Of a stretch of 64,000 nt of DNA, positions 34,230 through 47,455 are shown one piece after another. Under the pieces are notes generated by a model. That model was not told the DNA's origin. It worked only from the letters and a program-made list of their open reading frames with translations, and ran no database searches. Made by a program: the position numbers and the translations under genes. Source of the DNA: Octopus vulgaris (Eukaryota). Every line of letters begins with the position of its first letter. Positions within the stretch are counted from its first letter, which is position 1. Where the stretch lies: contig OX597842.1 of the NCBI GenBank assembly GCA_951406725.2, forward strand, positions 31,806,001 through 31,870,000, read 5' to 3'.

Positions 34230-35240
34230 GTTTTACATTTGGCACCAGCCTGGCTGCCCTGTATGTGGCACCGGCACCGGCTGCCTCATGTGTGACACCA
34301 GCTCGGCCGCCTCGTATGTCACAAGGGCCCAACCACCTCATATGTGACACCAGCCCGGCCGCCTCGTATGTGACACTGGCCCAGCAACCTCATATGTGAC
34401 ACCAGCGGGGCCACCTCATACGTGACACCAGCCCAGCTGCCTCATATGTCACAAAGGCCCAGCCACCTCATACGTGGCACCAGCCAGGCCGCCTCGTATG
34501 TCACAAGGGCCCAGCCACCTCATACGTGGCACCAGCCAGGATGCCTCATATGTGACACTGGCCCTGCCACCTCATACGTGACACCAGCTGGGCCGCCTCG
34601 TATGTCACAAGGGCCCAGCCACCTCATACGTGACACCAGATGGGCCACCTCATACGTGGAACCAGCCAGGCCGCCTCGTATATCACAAGGGCCCAGCCAC
34701 CTCATACGTGGCACCAGCTAGGCCGCCTCATATGTGCCACCAGCCAGGCTGCCTCGTATGTCACAAGGGCCCATCCACCTCATACGTGACACCAGCTGGG
34801 CCACCTCATATGTGGCACCAGTCAGGCCGCCTTGTGCATGGCACTGGCCCAGTTGCCTCATATGTCATACTGGCCCAGCCACCTCATACGTGGCACCAGC
34901 CTAGCCACCTCGTATGTGACACTGGCCTAGCCACCTCATACGTGGCACCAGCTGGGCCACCTCATACGTGGCACCAAACCAGCCACTTCGTATATGGCAC
35001 CGGTCCAGTTGCTTTGCACGTGGCACCAGCCCGGCTGCTGCATACGTAGTACTGGCCCGACAGCCTCCTCCATGGCATTGTCCTGGCAGCCTCGTACATG
35101 GCACTGGCCTGGCCGACTCATATGTGGCACACTCAGCCGCTTTGTACGTGGTACCAGCCCAGTCACTTTGCGCATGACACCGGACCAGCCGCTTTGTATG
35201 TGGCGCTAGGCCAGCCATCCCATCTTTGTACGTGGCACCA
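34230..35240. repeat. GC-rich ~21-bp minisatellite (cctcatacgtggcaccagcca and variants)
   Basis: Direct reading. Lies directly after a SINE segment. Confidence 0.85.
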
Positions 35241-35842
35241 GCAGAGACATCATGTGAACCGATGAAATAATTCGTTAGTTTTCCCAGACTCTATCCACTG
35301 AGCTATTCAATGTTCTTCCGTATTCAAATACGCAACAGACCTCATGATCACCATCATCATCGTCATCAACATCTGCTTTCCGTGCTGGCATGGGTTGGAC
35401 AGTTTGACATGACGGTGGCACACAAAAAGCACTGTTCAAATGACGGGCGACATGAAAGCAGTGACAGTTGACCGAGACCTTTGGTGATGTGTCATACTCG
35501 AGAAGACCGGTCAAGCCAAGTGAGATCATAGTTTTGGCCAATGCTGGTGTCACGTTCCTGGTACCCGTGGTGGTGACACATAAAGAGCACCCATTGAATG
35601 ACGGGCCCCATGGAGGCAGTGACAGGTGACCGACACCTTTGGCGGTATACCATGCTTGAGAAGACCGGTCAAGCCAAGTGAGATCATAGTTTTGGCCAAT
35701 GCTGGTGAAACGCACCTGGTACCCGTGGTGGTGTCACGCACCTGGTACCCATGTCGGTGTCACATAGAGAGCACCCTTCGAATGATGGGCCCCATGGAGG
35801 CAGCGACAGGTGGCCAACACCTTTGCCGGCATACCATGCTTG

Positions 35843-36252
35843 AGGCGGCGAGCTGGCAGAATCGTTAGCACGCTGGACAAAATGCTTAGCGGTATTTCAT
35901 CTGCCGTTATGTTCTGAGTTCAAATTCCACCGAGGTCAACTTTGCCTTACATCCTTTCGGGGTCAATTAAATAAGTACCAGTTACGCACTGGGGTCGATA
36001 TAATCGACTTAATCCGTTTGTCTGTCCTTGTTTGTCCCCCCTGAGTTTAGCCCCTTGTGGGTAGTAAAGAAATAGGTATTTCGTCTGCCGCTATGTTCTG
36101 AGTTCAAATTCCACCGAGGTCGACTTTGCCTTACATCCTTTCGGGGTCGATTAAATTAAGTACCAGTTACTCACTGGGGTCAGTATAATCGATTTAATCT
36201 GTTTGTCTGTCCCCACTCTGTGTAGCCCCTTGTGGGCAGTAAAGAAATAGGT
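35843..36252 (+). mobile_element. SINE family B dimer (head plus two bodies) with 12-bp TSD
   Basis: ataccatgcttg at 35831-35842 and 36253-36264. Confidence 0.85.
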
Positions 36253-36868
36253 ATACCATGCTTGTGAAGACCGGTCAAGCCAAGTGAGATCATAGTCAAG
36301 GCCAGTGCTGTGTCACATCAATGACGCCCATGCCAGTGGAACGTAAAATGCACCCACCATACTCTTGGAGTGGTTGGCATCAGGAAGGGCATCCAGCTGT
36401 AGAAACCTTGCCAAATCAGACGGGAACCTGATGCAGCTCCCTGGCTTACCAGTTTGGACAATGGACATTAAATGATGATGATGGTGATGAGGATAATGAT
36501 GATGACGACGATGATGATGATGATGATGATGATGATGAATATTATGGTGATGGGGAGGATGATGGAACTGGAGCAATGTGAAATAAAGTGTCTTGCTCAA
36601 GAACACAACACACAGCCCGGTCCAGGATCCGAACTCACTACCTCATGCTTGTGAACCTGACACTCTAACCACTGAACCATGCGCCTTCACGATTTTCAGA
36701 CACCAAGCAGGACAAAGAACAAGACCTGTCCCAGGGCAAAGCAACCCAGGAAAGACAATGGCCATCCAATACAGACACAGTGAAGACAATCCATCTCTGT
36801 TCAGAGGGGATGGTCAACCAACTGAAACGGTTTTACACGGAAAAATTAATGACATAACGATGTTATAG

Positions 36869-37525
36869 TGTGGCTGTGCGGTAAGAAGCTTGCTTACCAA
36901 CCACATGGTTCCGGGTTCAGTCCCACTGCGTGGCACCTTGGGCAAATGTCTTCTACTATAGCCTTGGGCCGACCAAAGCCTTGTGATTGGATTTGGTAGA
37001 CGGAAACTGAAAGAAGCCTGTCATATATGTATATATATATTAAGGAGTGGCTGTGTGGTAAGTAGCTTCCTTACCAACCACATGGTTCCGGGTTCAGTCC
37101 CACTGCGTGGCATCTTGGGCAAGTGTCTTCTACTATAGCCTTGGGCCGACCAAAGCCTTGTGATTGGATTTGGTAGACGGAAACTGAAAGAAGCCTGTCA
37201 TATATGTATATATATATTAAGGAGTGGCTGTGTGGTAAGTAGCTTCCTTACCAACCACATGGTTCCGGGTTCAGTCCCACTGCGTGGCATCTTGGGCAAG
37301 TGTCTTCTACTATAGCCTTGGGCCGACCAAAGCCTTGTGAGTGGATTTGGTAGACGGAAACTGAAAGAAGCCTGTCGTATATATGTATATATATATATGT
37401 ATGTTATGTATGTTTGTGTGTCTAGGCTAACAAAGAATAAGTCCTGGGCTCGATTTGCTCGACTAAAGGTGGTGCTCCAGCATGGCCACAGTCAAATGAC
37501 TGAAACAAGTAAAAAAAAAATACAT
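36869..37525 (+). mobile_element. SINE family A with its 5' half in three tandem copies (~177 bp)
   Basis: gtggctgtg(c/t)ggtaag starts at ~36870, 37046 and 37223. Confidence 0.85.
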
Positions 37526-37951
37526 AAGTACAAGTGTGGCTGTGCGGTAAGAAGCTTGCTTCCCAACCACATGGTTCCAGGTTCAGTCCCTCCGCATGGC
37601 ACCTTGGGCAAGTATCTTCTAATATAACCTCAGGCTGGTCAAAGCCTTGTGAGAGGATTTGAAAGACGGAAACTGAAAGAAGCCTGTCGTGTGTGTGTAT
37701 AGATACACAGATGGATGGATGGATGGATGGATGGATAAACAGATATTTAGACAGACAGACAGACAGATTGAAACCAACACCACAAGGTTGGGAAGCAAGC
37801 TTCTTAACCAGTCTGCCACACCCGTGCCACCCCAAGGTGCCATGCAGTGGGACTGAACCCGGAACCATGTGGTTGGTAAGCAAGCTACTTACCACACAGC
37901 CACGCATTTCGTTCCCCCTCCACTCACTGACTCTTCCACACACCCACCTCC

Positions 37952-38485
37952 CATCGATTACATCGACCCCAGTGAGTAACTGGTATTTAATTTATCGACC
38001 CCGAAAGGATGAAAGGCAAAGTCGACCTCGGCGGAATTTGAACTCAGAACGTAACGGCAGACGAAATACCTATTTCTTTACTACCCACAAGGGGCTAAAC
38101 ACAGAGGGGACAAACAAGGGCAGACAGAGGGATTAAATCGATTATACCGACCCCAGTGAGTAACTGGTACTTAATTTAATCGACCTCGAAAGGATGAAAG
38201 GCAAAGTCAACCTCGTGGAATTTGAACTCAGAATGTAGTGGCAGACGAAATACCTATTTCTTTACTACCCACAAGGGGCTAAACATAGAGGGGACAAACA
38301 AGGACAGACATAGGTATTAAGTCGATTACATCGACCCCAGTGCGTAACTGGTACTTAATTTATCGACCCCGAAAGGATGAAAGACAAAGTCGACCTCGGT
38401 GGAATTTGAACTCAGAACGTAACGACAGACGAAATACCGCTAAGTATTTCACCCAGTGTGCTAACGTTTCTACCAGCTGGCCACC
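37952..38485 (-). mobile_element. SINE family B trimer
   Basis: Junction gcagacgaaatacc|tatttctttac at ~38069 and ~38251. Confidence 0.85.
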
Positions 38486-38964
38486 TGGCAGAAACAATAC
38501 CCTCCCTACACACACACACACACAAACACCCATCCCCCGTATCCCTCCGATACACCATATACTATACTAAAAGTCATCTCTCTCTCTCTCTCTCTACCCG
38601 CTCCATCCACAAACCACTCGCTACTGACAGCCATCACTCACTCTTACCAATCACCACCGCCGTTCCCCTCACATACACTCGTAACCAACCTGATGCTTTC
38701 TCCCTCCTTCCCTTTCTTCTCTCTATCTATCTCTCTCTCTTATTCATCTTCTCGTAAATGTTGCCGTGTTGATACCAACACATCGTGAGAGATGTGAAGT
38801 TGCTCTGGCCAGCAATGATACAACACTTCCTGTCCAAAGCCGGTACCATCATGAGATGCACCAAGTACGTTCTGTGGAGAGGTTGGCAAATGGGCGAACG
38901 GCTAGAGACGTCATTTTAGAGAGTGTGTGTGTGTGTGTCTTTCTATGTGTATGTTTGTGTAGTT

Positions 38965-39620
<656 letters not shown>

Positions 39621-39799
39621 TACATGACCAGACAGACAGACCCAGATCTCTCTCTATATATATAAATATATATAAGAAATGGAAATAAACTATATGCTTA
39701 ATATATACCCATTGTTTTCAAGGAATTCTATACCCCCAAAATACTAAGGTATTGAACCAGTTCTTCCTTGGATGCAACACTCCCTTCACGAGGTTAACA

Positions 39800-39810
39800 T
39801 ATCCTCTAAT

Positions 39811-39873
<63 letters not shown>

Positions 39874-39991
39874 TCACACATCAATACGCAGGTTAATGTC
39901 AGATTTAGAATGTAAATATGTATGTATACAGGTGTGTAGAAATTCAATATATGTTGGATATTGTGTTCGTATTAGCGAAAAATCACAGCTG

Positions 39992-40046
<55 letters not shown>

Positions 40047-40128
40047 ATGTGCGTGTGAAAATGTATGTTAAATACAACATCTGTTAACAAGTTCGCTGAG
40101 AGAGGAGAGGTTGGGGTGACATTTAAAT

Positions 40129-40165
<37 letters not shown>

Positions 40166-41700
40166 CTAGTAAATATGCTAATAGACACACACAAATGTGT
40201 GTGTGTGTATGTCTGATTAAATACGGTGATTTACATACATTATACAAATGTAAAGGCATGTTTGTGTATATATATGTGTGTGAGTGTATATATGTATATT
40301 TATTATAAATGTTTACATACATAAACACACATTCACACGCTTACATTTACATACACACATACATACATACATACAAAGGCAGTTACATATATATAAATTT
40401 ATACTTAAGAATACACATACACACACACATATATATACTTATATACACACACACACACACAATATATATATATATATATAAATACACACACATACACAAC
40501 ATATATATATATATACACACACACACAACATATATATATATATACACACACACAACATATATATATATATATATATATACACAACATATATATATATATA
40601 TATACACACACACAACATATATATATATATATATACTTATATACACACACACACACACACAACATATATATATATATATATATATACACATACACAACAT
40701 ATATATATATATACACACACACACAACATATATATATATATACACATACATACATAGTCGGCGTACATATATACATATATATTATAAAAACAGCAATGAA
40801 ATTGTGGAAAAAAACATTAATACAAACTCTGAGGAGCCGTGAGTTCGCGTCGAGTAACATCACTGCGTATCATAATAAATCGTGGGGCACATTATATGTA
40901 CTAAACACCACGTCAACCAGCGATTCCGAGATCATGGGCCATAGATCAAATCCTTGCTTAAGCCTAGCTATATGTATATAAGTATGCTACCTACATACAT
41001 ATATAGATACGTATATACACATCCATCGATTAATATATGCGTGTGAATATATATTTATATATACATGTGTGTATATAGAGAGAGAAATTTATATTTTTAT
41101 GAGAAAATTATATATATGTATTTATATGTATACATACATATATATATTTATATATATAGTTATATATATATATAAATTATATATATCTAATTATAAATTT
41201 ACGTGTACGAATATATATATACATATATGTACATATATATAAATATATATATGCCTGTGTATATATAAATTATATATATATAATTATAAATTTAAAGATC
41301 CGTGTAGACATATATATAATTATAGATCATATATATATTATAGATTTACACATAAATTTTACATGTATACATTTATATATTCATGGGTGTGTATGTATGT
41401 GTATATACACATACCATTATAGATTTATATATACATGTTACATGTATACGTTTATATATTCAAGGGAGTGTATATATGTATATATATATATCTATATACA
41501 TATAGCTAGCTATTCAATATATACATATGAATTTATGTATATTCCTGCATGTATATATAAATTTACTTGAACATGTGCGCGTATATATACATATATATAT
41601 ATATTACATACGTACGTGTGTGTGTATATGGAAATGTATGTATATATATATATATATATATATATAGTATGTATATACGTTATTCTATACAATATTCTAG
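39800..41700. repeat. TA/CA-rich microsatellite field
   Basis: Direct reading. Confidence 0.9.
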
Positions 41701-42069
41701 TAAAACAAGGGAACAATATTCTTGTATCATTGTTGTTGTTAGTTCCCTCTGTTCATTAGCAATTAGCGTTAATTGAGATAGGAGTGGGAGGGGCACGAAA
41801 GGGCTGCAGTGAGAGGAGGTAAAAATCGGTGGTTGTATTATTATTATTATTGTTGTTGTTGCTGGTGGTGGTTGTAGCGGTGGGAGGAGAGTCCGTACAA
41901 GGAGTGGTGACTGTGGTAGTTTGGCGGTGGCGTCGGCGGTGGGGTCGGCGTCGGCGTCGGCGGTGGTGGCGACGACGGGGCGAATTGGTAGTAGTGGGAG
42001 TAAGGTGTGTAGACGTAGTAGTTGTAGTTGTAGTGTGGGGGTGGTGGCGATGGTGAAGGAAGGAAGCAA

Positions 42070-42102
<33 letters not shown>

Positions 42103-43159
42103 CAATGAAGGAGGGAAAGAGATAGAGTAAAAAAATATAGAGAACGGGAGAGAGATAGAGAAATAATAGGGAGAGGGAGGGTGTCAGGTAGATAAATAAT
42201 GAGTGAAGGAGGGAGGGTGTAAGAGCGAACGTGATGGAGGGAGAGTAAAAGGAATTGAGAGAGGGTGTTAGAGAGATAGAGATAAAGTGAGAGGGAGGGT
42301 GTGTTAAGGAAAGGAACGAGAGAGAGAAATGTATATATATAGAGAGAGGGTGTCAGAGAGCAAAGGATTGAAAGAGAGGGAAAGGTGTGTGAGCAAGTGT
42401 GAGAGAGTAAGAGAAAGAGAGAAGGGGAGGGTGAGAGTGAGAGTGAAAGAAAGAAATATTAATACAGGGAGAAAGAGTGTCAGAGAGATAGAGATTGAGG
42501 GAGAGGGAAGTTGTCAGAGAAAAGTGATAGAAAGAGAGGAAGGTATGTGTGAGGGGGAATGAGAAAGAGAGAGAGAGAGTCAAATAGATATGAAGAAAAA
42601 GTGAGAGACAAGGAGTGTCAGAGAGATAGATAGATAGAAAGAGGAAGTGAGGGAGAGGCGAGAGTGGTAGTAACAGTAATAATATTAATGATGGTGGTGG
42701 CGGTGATTGTGGTGGTGGTGGTGGTTGAGAGAGTTGACGTATATACGAGACAGACAGGAGGAATAGGAGAAGTAGTATTCGTAATCGTGGTAGGAGTGTT
42801 GCGATGCGAGTGGTAGTGGCAGTGGCAAGGACCACAAACAGAGAGAGGGGGAACAGCGAAAGAGAGAGAAAAGGATACAGACGTTTAGAGAGAGAAAGAG
42901 AGCAGCTGCAGTAGTAGCCGTCGTGACGGTGGTAGTAGTCGGAGTAGTCATGTGAACTGTAGTAGTAGTTCTAGTAGTCGTCGTAGTGGCAGTGTCATTG
43001 ACGCCAAGTTCAGTGCCCTGGGTCAGGCCCAGATAACACTCCTTGGATAGTTGGCCTCTCCGACCATGACCTCACGTCTAAATTTAGGAGCAACTTATAC
43101 CTGCCTTGGACTACATCATCCAAACACTGGCTTTACCTGCATTATGTGTGATTTCGAGG

Positions 43160-43800
43160 GACATTTGGCTATTTTTTCTACCATATCTAACAACCGTGTT
43201 CAGACTCAATGCGTTACAGAGTACAATGTAATTTGAGGGTGATTTGGCTGTTGTTTCTAGCATGGCAGAGTCACCACCGTTTTTAAGACAGCACAGTGTA
43301 ATTTGAATGAGATTTGGCTGTTATTTCTAGCATAGTAGGGTCAACGCCTTTTTAATGACAACTGAGTATAATTTGAGGGAGATTTGGCTGTCGTTTCTAG
43401 CATGGCAGGGTCACCACCGTTTTTAAGACAGCACAGTTTAATTTCAGAGAGATTTAGCTGTTATTTCTGGCATAGTAGGGTCACCACCTTACTTTGTAAT
43501 GACAACAGTGTAAATTGAGTGAGATTTGGCTGTTATTTCTCGCATGATACGATCAGTACCTTCCTTTTTTAAGACAGTAGAGTGTAATTTGAGGGAAATA
43601 TGGCTGTTATTTCTAGCATAGTAGAGTCACCGCTTTTTATTAAACAGTATATTGTAATATGGGGGGGATTTGGCTGTTATTTCTAGCATTGTGCAATCAC
43701 TACCTTCCTCTTTTAAGATGATACAATTTAATTTTTGAGGGATTTGGCTGTTGTTTCTGGCATGATAGAGTCACCACCTTCTTTTTGAAAGACACGGTAG
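43160..43800. repeat. Old diverged ~62-70-bp tandem repeats with core gagatttggctgttatttctagca
   Basis: About 10 diverged, mutually homologous units. Confidence 0.85.
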
Positions 43801-45128
43801 ATTTAGCTGCTATTTCTAGCATTGTAGATTCCCTCCCTTTTTTAAGACAATATAGCGAAATTGAAGGGAGATTTGGCTGTTGTTTCTAGCATTGTAGATT
43901 CCCTCCCTTTTTAAGACAATATAGCGAAATTGAAAGGAGATTTGGCTGTTGTTTCTAGCATTGTAGATTCCCTCCCTTTTTGAGACAATATAGCGAAATT
44001 GAAGGGAGATTTGGCTGTTGTTTCTAGCATTGTAGATTCCCTCCCTTTTTAAGACAATATAGCGAAATTTAAGGGAGATTTGGCTGTTGTTTCTAGCATT
44101 GTAGATTCCCTCCTTTTTGAGACAATATAGCGAAATTGAAAGGAGATTTGGCTGTTGTTTCTAGCATTGTAGATTCCCTCCTTTTTGAGACAATATAGCG
44201 AAATTGAAAGGAGATTTGGCTGTTGTTTCTAGCATTGTAGATTCCCTCCTTTTTAAGACATTATAGCGAAATTTAAGGGAGATTTGGCTGTTGTTTCTAG
44301 CATTGTAGATTCCCTCCCTTTTTAAGACAATATAGCGAAATTTAAGGGAGATTTGGCTGTTGTTTCTAGCATTGTAGATTCCCTCCCTTTTTGAGACAAT
44401 ATAGCGAAATTAAGGGAGATTTGGCTGTTGTTTCTAGCATTGTAGATTCCCTCCCTTTTTGAGACAATATAGCGAAATTGAAAGGAGATTTGGCTGTTGT
44501 TTCTAGCATTGTAGATTCCCTCCTTTTTAAGACAATATAGCGAAATTTAAGGGAGATTTGGCTGTTGTTTCTAGCATTGTAGATTCCCTCCCTTTTTAAG
44601 ACAATATAGCGAAATTTAAGGGAGATTTGGCTGTTGTTTCTAGCATTGTAGATTCCCTCCCTTTTTAAGACAATATAGCGAAATTTAAGGGAGATTTGGC
44701 TGTTGTTTCTAGCATTGTAGATTCCCTCCCTTTTTGAGACAATATAGCGAAATTGAAAGGAGATTTGGCTGTTGTTTCTAGCATTGTAGATTCCCTCCCT
44801 TTTTAAGACAATATAGCGAAATTTAAGGGAGATTTGGCTGTTGTTTCTAGCATTGTAGATTCCCTCCTTTTTGAGACAATATAGCGAAATTTAAGGGAGA
44901 TTTGGCTGTTGTTTCTAGCATTGTAGATTCCCTCCCTTTTTGAGACAATATAGCGAAATTGAAAGGAGATTTGGCTGTTGTTTCTAGCATTGTAGATTCC
45001 CTCCCTTTTTGAGACAATATAGCGAAATTGAAAGGAGATTTGGCTGTTGTTTCTAGCATTGTAGATTCCCTCCCTTTTTGAGACAATATAGCGAAATTTA
45101 AGGGACATTTGGCTGTTGTTTCTAGCAT
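43800..45128. repeat. Satellite A, ~69-bp unit, ~19 copies
   Basis: Unit gagatttggctgttgtttctagcattgtagattccctccctttttaagacaatatagcgaaatt(t/g)aagg. Confidence 0.95.
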
Positions 45129-45689
45129 TCTGTGCATCCTTCGAGAGGATCCACTTATGTTGTTTAACCCCAGGTCGACTCTGTTCGAGCCGATCGATGA
45201 TCCGGTGTTCTAGCCATGACCATCCTGCTTTAGTTTGGGGCGCAAGGTTCTATTCAGGGATCGAACACACGACGGCCTTTTTTTTCCATTCAGTGTGTCC
45301 TTTATTTAAAGACCATATTCTGTGCTTTAAGGGTGATTTAGCTGCTATTTCTCGCCGCCCGAGCGACCACACAGCGGCTGTGGTGGTGACGGCGGCGGCG
45401 GCTACAGGTGGTCGTGGTAGCGGTGGGAGTTAAGTCACAAGGCGATGGTAGTAGTAAGAGTAGATGTGGTAATGGTAGTAGCAGCAACGGCTGCAATTCG
45501 GGCGCCGGCTTTTAGCGCCCCGTCATCTATGAACAAAGAGGTTCCATCCGTGACTGTCCCATCGATTTATCTCATCATCAACGTCACCAGGAATCACAGT
45601 TTCGTGTATCGTGCTTGAGACGAATACGTATTCGTGGTGTTTGAGGGAGATTTGGTTGCTATTTCTAAGTGATCGGGCGACCACGTACA

Positions 45690-46505
<816 letters not shown>

Positions 46506-46839
46506 TTATCAATGGAAAAGGTCTCTGTCCCCTTGAAGCCTGCAAATCCTCAAGGTTCTACCCTGTTCTTCAGCCCTAGGCTAAGTCCTGATCGCGCTCA
46601 AAGCCGTCTGTCGTTATCGGGGGACGGAATCCCGCTTACAAAAAGCCACGTCTGTCTCTCTTAACGCCTGTCCTTCCCCTTTTAAACACCCTACAGTATG
46701 ATTACAGATCGATTTAGCTTCTATTTTTAGCTGGCCATTCACCTGGTCATCTTTTATTTTGAGACTAAGACGTTCTTTGGATGTTAACACAACCCAGACC
46801 GGTTGCCCTGCATTTTTTTTTTATTAAGGTGTGATTCCA

Positions 46840-47455
46840 AAGAGGTTTGGCTGTTATTTCTAGCCGACCCATCGCTTGGTCTTCTGCAAGGAGTGATTTG
46901 AGGGAGATTTGCCTACTTTTTGTAACCAGATCAGCCGTCCTTCCTTTTTTTTTTAAATACGAAAGTCTGATTACGAGGGTATTTAGCTGTTATTTCTAGC
47001 TGATCTATCGCTTGGCCGCCTGTGAGGTGTGAACTAGTGGAGATTTGGCTGCTATATCTAGCAGATCAGCTGTTCTTCCATTTTTTAGAAATACTAAATT
47101 CTTATTACAAGAGTATTTAGCTGTTATTTCTAGCTGATCTATCGCTTGGCCGCCTGTGAGGTGTGAACTGACGGAGATTTGGCTGCTATATCTAGCAGAT
47201 TAACTCTCCTTCCATCTCTTTGAAGAAACTACAGTGTGATTACAGGGGCATTTAGCTGCAATTTCTAGCAAGTCGATCATTTAGCTGCTTTATTTCTAGC
47301 AAAAATCCGGGGTTAGCTGCTTTTCCTTGTCCCTCGCCTGGCCTTCTTTTTGATCTGCAAGACTACAATGTATGCTTTAAGGTTTGAAATTTGGCTGTTA
47401 TTTCTAGAGATGACATGCTCTCCTTCCTTTTTTAAAAAATATTAAGATGTGATTT
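46840..47455. repeat. Diverged alternating X/Y dimer repeat sharing the satellite core
   Basis: X units (tgatctatcgcttggccgcctgtgaggtgtgaact) alternate with Y units (agatcagctgttcttccattttttagaaatac). Confidence 0.8.

Noticed and set aside
46509-46664. Non-repetitive tail of the poly-Ser ORF (MEKVSVPLKP...)
   Set aside because: Short, no recognisable domain and no clear splice context.
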